From contig NW_005434606.1 in NCBI RefSeq assembly GCF_000315625.1, forward strand, positions 381,670 to 422,007: a stretch of 40,338 bases of DNA, written 5' to 3'. The notes below the pieces were generated by a model that was not told where the DNA came from, ran no database searches, and worked only from the letters and a program-made list of their open reading frames with translations. Of this stretch, positions 1-19,739 are shown in pieces. Both the position numbers and the translations under genes were made by a program. The stretch is from Guillardia theta CCMP2712 (lineage: Eukaryota; Protista; Cryptophyta). Each line of letters begins with the position of its first letter. Position 1 is the stretch's first letter.

Positions 1-33
1 ACATGTTATTCGGTTCCTCACTTTCTCTATCAG

Positions 34-9173
<9,140 letters not shown>

Positions 9174-9823
9174 GTCACGACGAGGAGGCGAAGGGGATGG
9201 GCATGAAGGAGAGGGGAGGGGAGGAAGGGAGGTCGAGCACGAAGAGGAGGAGGAGGAGGAGGAGGAGGAGGAGGAGGAGGAGTTGGCCGCTAGAGGATAG
9301 TGTTGTTGATTGTCTTTTCCATGATAGCCTGCCTGCAAACGACTGAGCTTGCTTCGTTGTTGTGAAAAGTCTCCTCTTGACTGAATAGTCTTTTCTTTGA
9401 GGTATTTATTGACATGATCTTCTGTCAATTCTTCTATAATCTTCACTGGTGAAACATTTTCATTGCAGATTCAAGACACACATCCTTGCAAAGATATTTG
9501 TTCGCTCTTTTGGTATTGTGATGCTTTCTACAGATGTGGGCGCATCCAATCAGCAACTCTCCTGCTTCGACATGAGTACATTCATTGCGCTGCACCTGGG
9601 GACTCATCACAGTGGCATGCTGAGCTCTAATGTTGTGCGATTGCTTGGAGGAATGTATAACATGGCAACATATCTGCTATGTTTAATGGGTGGTAATGAT
9701 CCTCGTCTTCGAAGGATGTACAAAAGTGCTCAGTTCTATGGATGTCCAATTAACTCATTGAATGATACCAACTCTCTAGCTGATTGTGATCCTGTTGAAG
9801 AAATACCGAATTCAACTATCTTG

Positions 9824-10022
9824 NNNNNNNNNNNNNNNNNNNNNNNNNNNNNNNNNNNNNNNNNNNNNNNNNNNNNNNNNNNNNNNNNNNNNNNNNNNNN
9901 NNNNNNNNNNNNNNNNNNNNNNNNNNNNNNNNNNNNNNNNNNNNNNNNNNNNNNNNNNNNNNNNNNNNNNNNNNNNNNNNNNNNNNNNNNNNNNNNNNNN
10001 NNNNNNNNNNNNNNNNNNNNNN
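9824..10022. other. Assembly gap (N) between converging helicase and GH5 genes
   Basis: Run of N. Confidence 1.
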
Positions 10023-10125
10023 TCCTCCCCCTCCCACCTTTTTTTTCCATCCTTCCTCTTTCCTCCCCCCCCCCCCCCCTTTCCTTCCCTTCCTAGTTGC
10101 GGCCACACCCTCCTTCATCCTCAAC

Positions 10126-11155
10126 CTGAGGATACTGGAAGTAAGGAAGGAAGATAATGGTGGGAGCAGACGACTCTATTGCAACAGGTCAAACTTGTTC
10201 CTCCCCACTCCCTCCTTCACCTGGATCATGGCAGAAGGAGAAAACAAACCTCCTGCTCTTGACTTCAAACCTCAACTCCTTCGGCTCCCCCGCCGTCCTC
10301 ATCGGGTATGGTCGGATCACCGCAGGCAGTGCCCGTCCTCCCGAGAACACGTCTTGCTGGTCGTAATGCTGCAGTACCAGCGGTGAGAGGGAGGGGGAGG
10401 GGGAGGAAGAGGAAGAGAGGGAAAATGAACTTCAAAGATGATAGAAAATAACAGGGGGGGCTGAAGTTGATGATGGAGACGGAGATGTCAATAGACAGGT
10501 TGATGACTGTTATTGATAACGATGACGATGACGAAATCAACAACTATGTTGACGATGGTGGTGGTGATGGTGATGGTGGTGATGGTGGTGGTGGTGGTGG
10601 TGAAATTTGTGGCGGTGGTGATAATTGTGATGATGACAAGATGTTGGTGATGGTGTTGGTGACAGAGGAAGAGGCAACGATGACAACGATTTCAACATAT
10701 AACAAACACAAAACAACAGCAAAACACCTGATCAGCGCAGTAGACAGACAGGTCCTCCCCGTTCCACCCATCCCCGTATCGGTTGCAGTTATCAGGCGTG
10801 TAGTTCCAGATCGTGGCGTGCACCAGCGCTTCCTCCACAGCGCGCAGGGACGAGTCCATGGCTGAGATCTGCAGGTTAAAGTCGTTTGTCCTGAAACTCT
10901 CCCCGTCGTTCATGTTGAAGGGGATCCCGATCTCTCCGATGATAGTCGGGCAGCCTCTCCTCCTTATCCCCCTCGCGATCTTCTTCAGGGCCTTGAGTTT
11001 CGCTGCGTTCTCCTGCGCCACCCGCTCCTTCCCCAGCACGATCGGGGGCTTGTAAGGGTTGACCTTCTCCTCGAAGTGTGCCAGCCCTACCCACGAGCGG
11101 AAAGACTTGGCGACCAAGGGCACGACGTCATACCAATGAGGAGCCCAGATAATTC

Positions 11156-11253
<98 letters not shown>

Positions 11254-12689
11254 TCCACCCCCTCGCTCCTCTGCGAGAACCTGGGGCAGTGCTCAGCAGT
11301 GGGGTCCTCGAAGTCTGTGTCCCTGTCGATGAAGATGAAACTCCCAGGAGAAGCCTTCCTGATCGCCGTCATGAATCTCCTCAGGAAGGGAACGAAGTAG
11401 TCCCCCATCGCGTTAACCTTCCTCCCCCTCACCTCCTGGAAGTAGTGCGGCTTCAGCAGCACAGCCTCTCCCCGCTCGTCCACGTCCCACACGCCATGCT
11501 GCTTCCAGACGCACTCCCTGCCCTCCCTCCATGCCCTGACCCTCCCAGCATTCAGCGTCTTCTTCCCGTTCCACACGTAGGAGGGGTAGTAGTAATCCAC
11601 AGCAAGCGCCTTTCCTTCCCCAAGCTGGAACGACTCGAACCACGAGGCGCACCACCCGTGCTTGAGGTACGCCGACTTCCTCCTCACGTCCTCCCACCCG
11701 ATCATCCCTAAGTTTGGCTCGTTGAGGGTATCGAAGCCCAGCACGTTGGGCTCGTCCCTCAGGGTCTCGGCAAGCGCCACCATGGCTCGGATGTAGTGCT
11801 CCTGCAGCCAGTCCTGGATGTTCTTCCCCTCCACCGTGAGCAGGGGCGCGAAGTCCCGCCCCCCGAAGAAGAGAGTGAACATGGTCCCTGCCGCCAGCCG
11901 CATGTGGTTGGGGATCCACATCATGCTCGGCAGCGGATCCCCGTGGTGCTGGTGCGTGAACGCTGCACCACTCTCATGCAGCCTGCTCACCTCGAACCCT
12001 GCCGCGTCAAGGGTCCAGGCAGGGGCCCCGTCTCCTCCCGTCCACCTGGACCACACGTCCTGGTGGGGGTCCACAAACACGGAGATCCCATGCTGGCCCG
12101 CCTTCCTGATCACATCCCGCACATACGTCAGGTACTCCCGGTCGTAGACCCCTGGACCCTCGTGCTCAACCGCCTCCCAGGTCACCAGGAAGCGCAGGAA
12201 CGTCAGGCCCCAGCACGCGAGCCGCTCCAGGTGCTCATCCGCCTCCTCGAGCGGGAAAGGCCGCCCGACAAACGTGATGCCCTTCCTCTCCAGCCCGCTG
12301 GCATCGTTGGTCCGCAGCCCTACCGGCATCTTCGAGGAGCCGCCGAGGTTCACTCCTCGCAGCAGCACGCGCCGATTTTCTGAATCCTTGAGCCACTCGC
12401 CATCGATCCTTAGCTCTCCCTTGACAGGCTGGGAAGGAGAGGACAGGCCTTCTCCCCTCTTCTTCCTCCCATATCCTTCCTTTGGGTAGGACTCTTGGAA
12501 AGTTGGCACGACAAACCAGAGCATGAAGGAGCTCGAGCCGGTTATGAAGGCAGTCAGCCAAGACAGCAAGCCGAGATCGAAACTAAGGAAGAACATGGCG
12601 GTGCTTGCGAGAAGGCAAGACATGATGTACTCCGGGTGAAACCTTGATAGGATCCACCCGATCCCACTGGCGAGCCATGCTAGGATCAT
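10126..12689 (-). CDS. Glycoside hydrolase family 5, endoglycoceramidase-related (EGCrP-like glucosylceramidase / steryl-beta-glucosidase) with hydrophobic N-terminus; 3' end not seen
   Basis: Exon 12689-10728 contains RGVNLGGSSKMP, FVGRPFPLEEADEHL.RL..WG, RFLVTWEAVEHEGPGVYD, DPHQDVWSRWTGGDGAP, acid/base TLNEP, APHWYD, nucleophile IIGEIGIPF and WNYTPDN...GDGWNGEDLS. Spliced exons 10368-10221 (GGRALPAVIRPYPMRTAGEP) and 10175-10126 (PTIIFLPYFQYP) match the family C-terminal beta domain. Confidence 0.93.
11158..11250. repeat. (CAGGAG)n hexamer repeat inside the GH5 reading frame (poly-QE or in-frame intron)
   Basis: About 15 perfect units; in frame with flanking catalytic-domain sequence. Confidence 0.95.
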
Positions 12690-14139
12690 CGTGCTCGCTT
12701 CGTCGTCCTCTTCCTCGCTCCTCGACCTTCCCCGTTGCCACGACTAGTCGCCCTACAATATTGACCCTGCAATCGGGGCTCATATATGTAATTATATGGG
12801 CTCGTAAAAGAATATTTCATGGTAGTATTATAAAACTATTTACAATATATTATTTTTGTAAAGCAGCGCCCATACGTGGCTGATACTTTATGTGAGTGAT
12901 CGATGGATTCTATCAGTACTGAAATATCACAACTTATTTATATACTAAAATTTATTTCTATGTAGTTTTAGTCAACATTGAACTCTCACTAGCTGTATGA
13001 GAGTACAGGTTTTGGATCAGGGGTCCCGGTTTGCTGAGTGGTACATGGGTGGGGTAGGGTTTCTATGCTGGTAGGGGTGGTCTCAAGGGGGCTGATGACC
13101 CTCGCTTTTGCGTGTGAGTAGGGGTGGGGGTGAAATACGGGGGGTTGTGAGGGAGGATGGGGTGGAAAGCTGTCGTCGATTCACTAGGTGGACTTTGACT
13201 GTGAGTTTTCAAATCTAAGCGAACAGATTCAACTAATTTCACTACCCACATGTGCAATAAGGGAAGAATGGTGCTATTAGGGAGGGGTAGTGATTGAAGA
13301 ATATTCGATAAGGTCAAAATTGGGAATGGCGATGGCGCGGTGCGGAGAGTAGGGAGCGGAGGAACAGGGAGACAGGGAGGTAGAGCAGCTGTGGAGAGGC
13401 AAAAGAAGGATGAAATCAGTGATGATGGAGTCGGTTCCGTGATCAGAACGAGCAGCAGGACGAGCCGTAGGACGAAGATTGCCATCAACGTAGCGCTTTG
13501 CTTCGGGGGCATAACTATGCGACGGCATGCAGAGTGTATGGCGGTGGAGAGGGGCTGAGGTCAGGGTGAGAGGGAAGTAGATGTTCGGAGAGTTGAACCA
13601 TGTGCATGGCAAAAGCTGTGATTGGGATGAGGAGAGGAGCAGGGGAAGGTGCAAGGCATCTGTCTCGTCGACTCGCTAGCAAGCATAAAGCAAGCGAGGG
13701 GAGCCAACAAGGAAAGAAGGATGAATCATGGGGGGAGGGATGCAATCAATGTATGTAGGAAACACAAGTCTCATGAATCTTGGGCTTGAAGGAGCGTCTC
13801 GAACCTGTGTATTTGGCGCAGGACGTAGAGGTCTTATCGATATCTATGGATAGATCGCTCAGTATCGTGTGTTGTTTGGAGAAGAGAAGAAGATATTTTC
13901 TACAACAGATGACAAAATCAATGGTTGTAATGACCATCAAAGACGCAGTTAGTGATTTGAAAGGAGACGGACAGGATGACTTTTGGTGACGTTTCTGACT
14001 CATAGCAATCTTTGCAGGGAATAGTTGAGAGGCATCTCCTCAACTTCTTTCACACTTCGAGTTTGCACGAAAGGACGTCAATATTGGACTGGAGAGATCG
14101 GCTCAGAGGCTGCTTGATACAAGAGCAGTTGTGATCCAG

Positions 14140-16319
14140 GCTTCGACTCTGTTGCACATCACCGGGGCCAGGCTTCCGGAGCGGGCTCGTCACAGATGAA
14201 CTTTGGCAGCTCACCCCCGGCAAGACCGCTCGTGAACTTGACATTTCCGGATAGGAAAGATGATCCAAGGAGGTCTTCAGGTTGTTTCTTTTTCTGTGCT
14301 TGAAAATATCCTGTGGAATGATGATGTGTGTAAACAGAAAAGATACAGCATATAGAAACGGGTGCTGGTCTTGCATACAATGGCAAAGTCATCTACAAGA
14401 TGGGGCTGTTGGGGAAGGAGAGCAAGAGCTTGTTGAAAAGGCGATGGCAAACTAGGCAAGATCAAACATTCAAAGTGGAGTTGTCTCTTATACTGTCAGC
14501 AGGTGGGTTGCACTAACGGATGGGTTTCTCTTCTATTGGAAAGACGAAGCAGATTTCCGTATGGGCAGAATTCACAAGGGCTCAGTCGATCTTCGAGATT
14601 GCTCTCTCGCTACGGCTGAACAGCACACCAACAGACCTTTCACATTTGGAATTTTCCACACAAAGAGAAGGTGGGTGGAAAAATGGTGGGATGGCGGGCT
14701 TCTGACTCGTGTATGCACGAACAGGGATTACTTCTTCGATGTGGGGAGTGAACAAGAGATGGTGGATTGGGTTCAGAGCATAGAAAACGTTCTAGGGGTG
14801 GGGCAGAACAGCGTCAACTTGCAAGATTTTGAACTTCTTACGATGGTGCCATCACGATGTTACTTTTGATTTGTTGAGTGCGTGCAGGTGGGCAAGGGAT
14901 CATACGGGAGGGTCATTCAAGTTCGTAAAATCGATTCAGGGAAGATTTACGCGTTGAAAGTGCTCAACAAAGACGACCTGGTCAACACCAATCAGGTCCA
15001 GTCAACCAAGACTGAGAGGAGAGTCCTGGAAGTCATCAACCATCCTTTCATAGTCAAATTGCACTTTGCATTCCAGAGCAATGATAAGCTGGTAAGAAAA
15101 CATTTGTTACCATCGCTTCTGAAATTTGATCGATTGCGATCCAGTGTCTGGTGATGGACTTTATCAATGGGGGGGAGCTATTCACGTATATCAATCGTGA
15201 GAAGAGATTCAGTGAAGAGAGGGCAAGATTCTACGCGGCTGAAATCATTCTTGCTCTGGAATATCTGCATGAGATGGACATCATCTACCGGGACCTGAAG
15301 GTTCTTTCGCTGATGCCTGTAGGGTTTTCTGACAATTTCTACAGCCTGAGAACATCTTGCTGGACTGCAATGGTCACATCAGGCTCACGGACTTCGGACT
15401 GTCCAAGGATGCGATGAACGGGAAGACGTACACGATGGTCGGCTCGCCGTACTACATGGCTCCTGAAATCATACTCAAGCTCGGCCACGGGCAGGCAGTC
15501 GACTGGTGGAGTCTCGGGATTCTCATCTACGAGATGCTGTTTGGCCTGCCCCCTTTTTACAACCGTAACACCAGGATGGCATATGAGAAGCTCCTGACCA
15601 AGGAGCTGGAATTTCCTCTTAAAGTGTCGGATGAAGCATGCGATCTCCTGCGGGGCCTGCTGCACAAGGACCCTTCGAAGCGGCTGGGGAGCATCGTGTC
15701 GGAGCAGGAGAAGAGCCACGATGGCGTGTCGCAGATTAAGACCCACCCATGGTTCGTATGTGTTGACTTCGACAAGGTTCTCAACATGGAGGTGGAAGCT
15801 CCTTTCCGTCCGCGCGTGAAGAACATGATGGACGTCAGCAACTTTGCCGTTCACTTCACATCACAGTCCTTCGACGTCTCCCAGGACAGCAGCGAGAGGC
15901 GGCGAGGTTCCAGCTACGAAAAGCACAGCGAGTTTCACGGCTTCCACTATGTTGCGCCTGTTGCCAAGGCGATCACGCGACAGGGACAAGGTGGAGTGAG
16001 CTCGGAGGTGGAGGAGCAGGGATCTGCTAGCCCGGTTGTGGATGAAGCCAGGCAAGGGCTAGAGGGAGACCCGACTGGGGAGCTTGCGATACAGGCGACG
16101 GAGTTCCTGCAGCACTGCAACTGGGACATGGAGCGAGTCGTGCAGACTCTCTGTGCTGCGATGCTTAACAGGGAAGAGATGGACCACTTTTTCGAGCCCT
16201 CTCAAGCTGCTGCCAGCTCCACCACGGCACATGGGCACCAGACCACGCTCGCGAAGCTCGACGAGTTCAGGCAGGCGCTTGACAAGCGTCTCAACTTTGT
16301 CTCAGGCGCCGGGAGGTGA
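14140..16319 (+). CDS. PH-domain AGC Ser/Thr kinase (Akt/PKB-like architecture), multi-exon; start uncertain (possible further exons 13730-14100)
   Basis: Spliced PH domain: [23 protein letters not shown]|[40 protein letters not shown]. It is followed by the kinase: DFELLTM|[44 protein letters not shown]|PENILLD, DFGLSK, APE, VDWWSLG, and an AGC C-tail PFRP..DVSNF..F..FHGFHY. Stop at 16319. Confidence 0.93.
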
Positions 16320-16471
16320 GACTTGGAAGTTTGCGTTCGGATCCAGCACACTGATTGTTTCACAGCAGCAGGTCTGAGCTCGGCTCCCGCTCCGAGAGGG
16401 GTAGCGTCGAGGATGACTTCGCCCAGTTCTGACGCCTTTTGTCGAGTCGTGTAATTATTCTTTGTTAGATA

Positions 16472-16562
16472 GTCAAACTAGTCAAGCCGGTAACGTAGGG
16501 TTTGTTGAAGCCCTCTAGAGAGGTCAAACTAGTCAAGCCGGTAACGTAGGGTTTGAAGCCCT
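16472..16562. repeat. Two near-identical ~40-bp direct repeats (51-bp period)
   Basis: gtcaaactagtcaagccggtaacgtagggtttg(ttg)aagccct at 16472-16514 and 16523-16562. Confidence 0.9.
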
Positions 16563-16878
16563 AGGTCATTTCTACTCCTCCTCTTCTCCCTCTCCTTTCT
16601 ACCTTGTTTCTCAGATCCCTCTCCCGTAATAAAGCAAACGAACTTGTTTCATTCACTCCATGGTAATTCTTTCTTCACAAGACTATCTAAACACATAACT
16701 GAGAACATCGACCTGCCTCGACCTCCGTGGCAAGTCGGAAAATCATAAAACAGGGACTGAGGGCCTCCGGCTGTCGGCAGGCATATCGAAGCTATTTACT
16801 TCACGACGACAGTTCCTCCCACTGACGAACGCTTGTCCGTTTCACCGACGTGGCTGTCCGAGCCTGATCCGTGAGACT

Positions 16879-17447
16879 TTAGGTACCCCGACTTCCTAGA
16901 CAGGCAGTCGTCCCCTCCTGATACTGAGGGATGGTTGCCTGCGCAGCGTTAGCATGGTGTAGCCCCGAAAGAGCACCATACCTGAAAGATGCGACCTTAG
17001 ACGACGAGTTCTCATCTGCTCTGGTGTGAGCTTCTCTTGCGCCTGAGCTGGTTTTGCTGTGAAACAATAAATGAGTTTCTCCATCGCAATAGAAGAGGAC
17101 GACAGAGCATCCACAACGAACAATCGGAACGAGCAAGCAACATCGCCGGCACAGATGCTTTGTTTTCTCACGGGATTGAGCAGCAAGAAAATGCATCAAG
17201 GAAGCACATGAGAATACGAGCTCGTGCGAAGCAGAATTCAGGGGCTGTGATGTCATTTCCATCAAACAGCTCACAGACACTGCTCTTTCGAAGCAGAGGG
17301 ACCAGATTACGGAACACACAAATGGAGAACAGTGAAGAAGGAAAGAGCGCGAAAGAAAAGAACAGGGAGCCTACCGTAGGCCATAGAGTAGAGGACAGCA
17401 GATACAGCAACGACTCCTCCTCCTGCGAGCGCCATACGACCAGCCAT
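16879..17447 (-). CDS. Possible small multi-exon hypothetical protein
   Basis: ATG-initiated MAGRMALAGGGVVAVSAVLYSMAY followed by a GT donor; later exon-like KPAQAQEKLTPEQMRTRRLRSHLS between AG and GT. No recognisable family. Confidence 0.25.
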
Positions 17448-17499
17448 GATGTCAAGGTTGGCAGAAGAGGATCGCGACGAGCTTTTAAGAGGAGCCTAA

Positions 17500-19440
17500 G
17501 CTCCCCCAGGGGAGGGGGGTGGGGTTATGTGGGTATTTCGGAGGGGTGAATGCATCCAAAGCTGATTCCAAAAGTAGGTACGGGTGGGTGAATGTTGGGA
17601 AAAGGGGGGTATCTATCAGAAGATCGGTTGAAAGGACGGGTGCAAAATCCTTGTAGGTACCTTTTGAGGGGTAGGAAAGTCTAGGAGGTCCTTTTGCAGG
17701 GGTATGTGTTAGTATGCTCACTATCTCCTGATGGTGGGGTGATTTTTTGAGGGGTAATTCGAAAGGGGTACTATCTTCACCGGGGTAGGTTGGCCAGGAA
17801 CAAAACCAATGGTAGGTGTGGATCAGTCAAATATAGGGGTACTCATGATATTCCATAAAAATTCGATTAAAAGTGGGGTAGGTTCACAATATCACCGGTA
17901 GTCGACGATGATGAATAAAAAAGGGGGGTATGTTGAATTTTAGAGAGAGCAGTCGGTGGGGTACTTCTAGTATTTGGTGGGTCAAGTATTCAAAACTTTA
18001 TGTTGTTTGGTAATTTGGTGGGTAATTTGATAGGAAATAGAGGGGTAGATTGGTTATTCTCTTCATAGAGGGTCTAATAATATGGATAGGTACTATGAAA
18101 GGGGGTACTTGTGTAGTACAAGGTGACACTGCTCAAGCAAGGTGGTACCCCCCCTTGATGATCAAATAGTTCTGTACCCCACCACTTCGATGACAGTAAA
18201 TCGAGGGGGTTGGGGTTGCATTGTTTATCTCAGAGGGTCCTGAACGTTGAGGTAGTCTAAGGTAGGTAGGGGTGATATAATGAGGAGGGGTCTATTTCTA
18301 TTTCTAGGTAGTGTACGATCAGGTTTCGTATTCGATGTTCGTGAGTTGGTGGGTAGTTTACCCCCCTGTTGAAACTTGTTTCTCACAAGGGTTGGTATGT
18401 CATGGGGGGTGGGGGGTGGAGGAAGTCCAACGGTGGGTACTTCTTTGATCATAGTCTGGTACGGTGGGGATGACCCGCAAGGGTCCCAACTTGTAGCTCT
18501 CTTTAAAAGCAATTGTAAATATCGTCCCTCACATTGTTCCATGCAGGGGTGGTATTTCATACCGTGGGGTGGGTATTTTAGGAGGGTTGCATCTCAGAGT
18601 AGGGTGGGGTAATCTCGGAGGAGGTAGGGGTTGTCGCAGGTAGAAGGAAAAAAGAACTTCGGCAAGAAGGGGAATCATTAGCCGTCAAGTGGGTGGGTGA
18701 TAAAGGGGAGCAATCGGGGTTAAATTCAAGGGTGGTGGGTCCTGGGTATTCATTACAATTGGTGGGAGTCGATTTGGATTGAGGGTAGGGTACAGGTGAT
18801 CAGGATGGTACCTCGCATCAGCAGGGGTGGAGTTTTGGCCTAGTGGCACTGCAGTTATCTAGAGAACGATTCTCTAAGTATTGTGATAGCATAGAAGAGG
18901 AGAGGGGCTCTGTTCGCGTTGAAGGACATCAGCATATCATGGTACACATGGGTGTAGGGTCTTCCGCGGTTTCGATGGGTGGTATAGGTGTAGTGCTTTG
19001 AGAAGGGGGTACCTTGGCACGGAATGGGGGTACCACCTAGACAAACAGTTTCCAACAAATCTGATCCATGGGAGGTGGGATATGGATGGGTCATGTGTGG
19101 GGTAGGGTGGGTGACCAAGCTTGTTGCAGGCCCCATGCCCACCCCCATGTCTGGCGATTCAATTTGCTCTTTTAATATATATTTAAACGCTTGTCACCGG
19201 TCCCTTTGACTTCCTACGTATGGGAACTGGTGGGTCTTGGGATACGACCGGTCCTGAGGAAAGATTTGGGGGCTCATCAAGCTCAGAGTGGGGGCCGAGG
19301 CAGCAACACGCGTGGTGGGAGGGGTACTTGTGGGCAAGACGAAAGGAGGGTAGTAGTACACTAGAGACGTAGTGGTAGTATTGACTGTCGAAAGGGGGGT
19401 TGCCGGAACTTCTCAGGGGTGGTATTAAAAACTTTTATGT
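17500..19440 (+). other. Non-coding G-skewed region rich in GGGGTA/GGGTAG/GGGTGG motifs
   Basis: Dozens of dispersed G-run+TA motifs on the + strand; only short non-credible ORFs; no exon/intron pattern. Confidence 0.7.
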
Positions 19441-19739
19441 TTAAATATTTTTAAATGTGCAAGATGTGCCTCCCGCAGGTCCACCCTACCCCCTCCACAT
19501 GACCACCCCGAATCCCTCCTTTATATACCGCCGGAGGTCGCAAACCTCTTGATTCGCAAATACGACCTTCCCCCCCATGTCCTCTGCAGGACCCACCGGT
19601 CCGGTCATTTTGAAAATAACTTAAATGGAAACCGCTTTTTTTTTTTAATCCAATGAGAAAAGCCTATACCACAAAATCCGCCTCAACTTAAAACTAGCAA
19701 AAGGAAAAGGCAGCAAATACCTCAAGGGGATACTCAGTA

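Noticed and set aside
11076-12489. Plus-strand ORFs overlapping the GH5 gene (and antisense ORFs over the kinase, UBR and PDZ genes)
   Set aside because: Shadow frames of GC-rich coding sequence on the opposite strand.
16472-16562. CRISPR-like direct repeats
   Set aside because: Only two units with an 8-nt spacer, eukaryotic context, no cas genes.
17500-19440. Telomeric array or LTR/transposase
   Set aside because: Motifs are dispersed, not tandem; no terminal repeats or TE protein motifs recognised.
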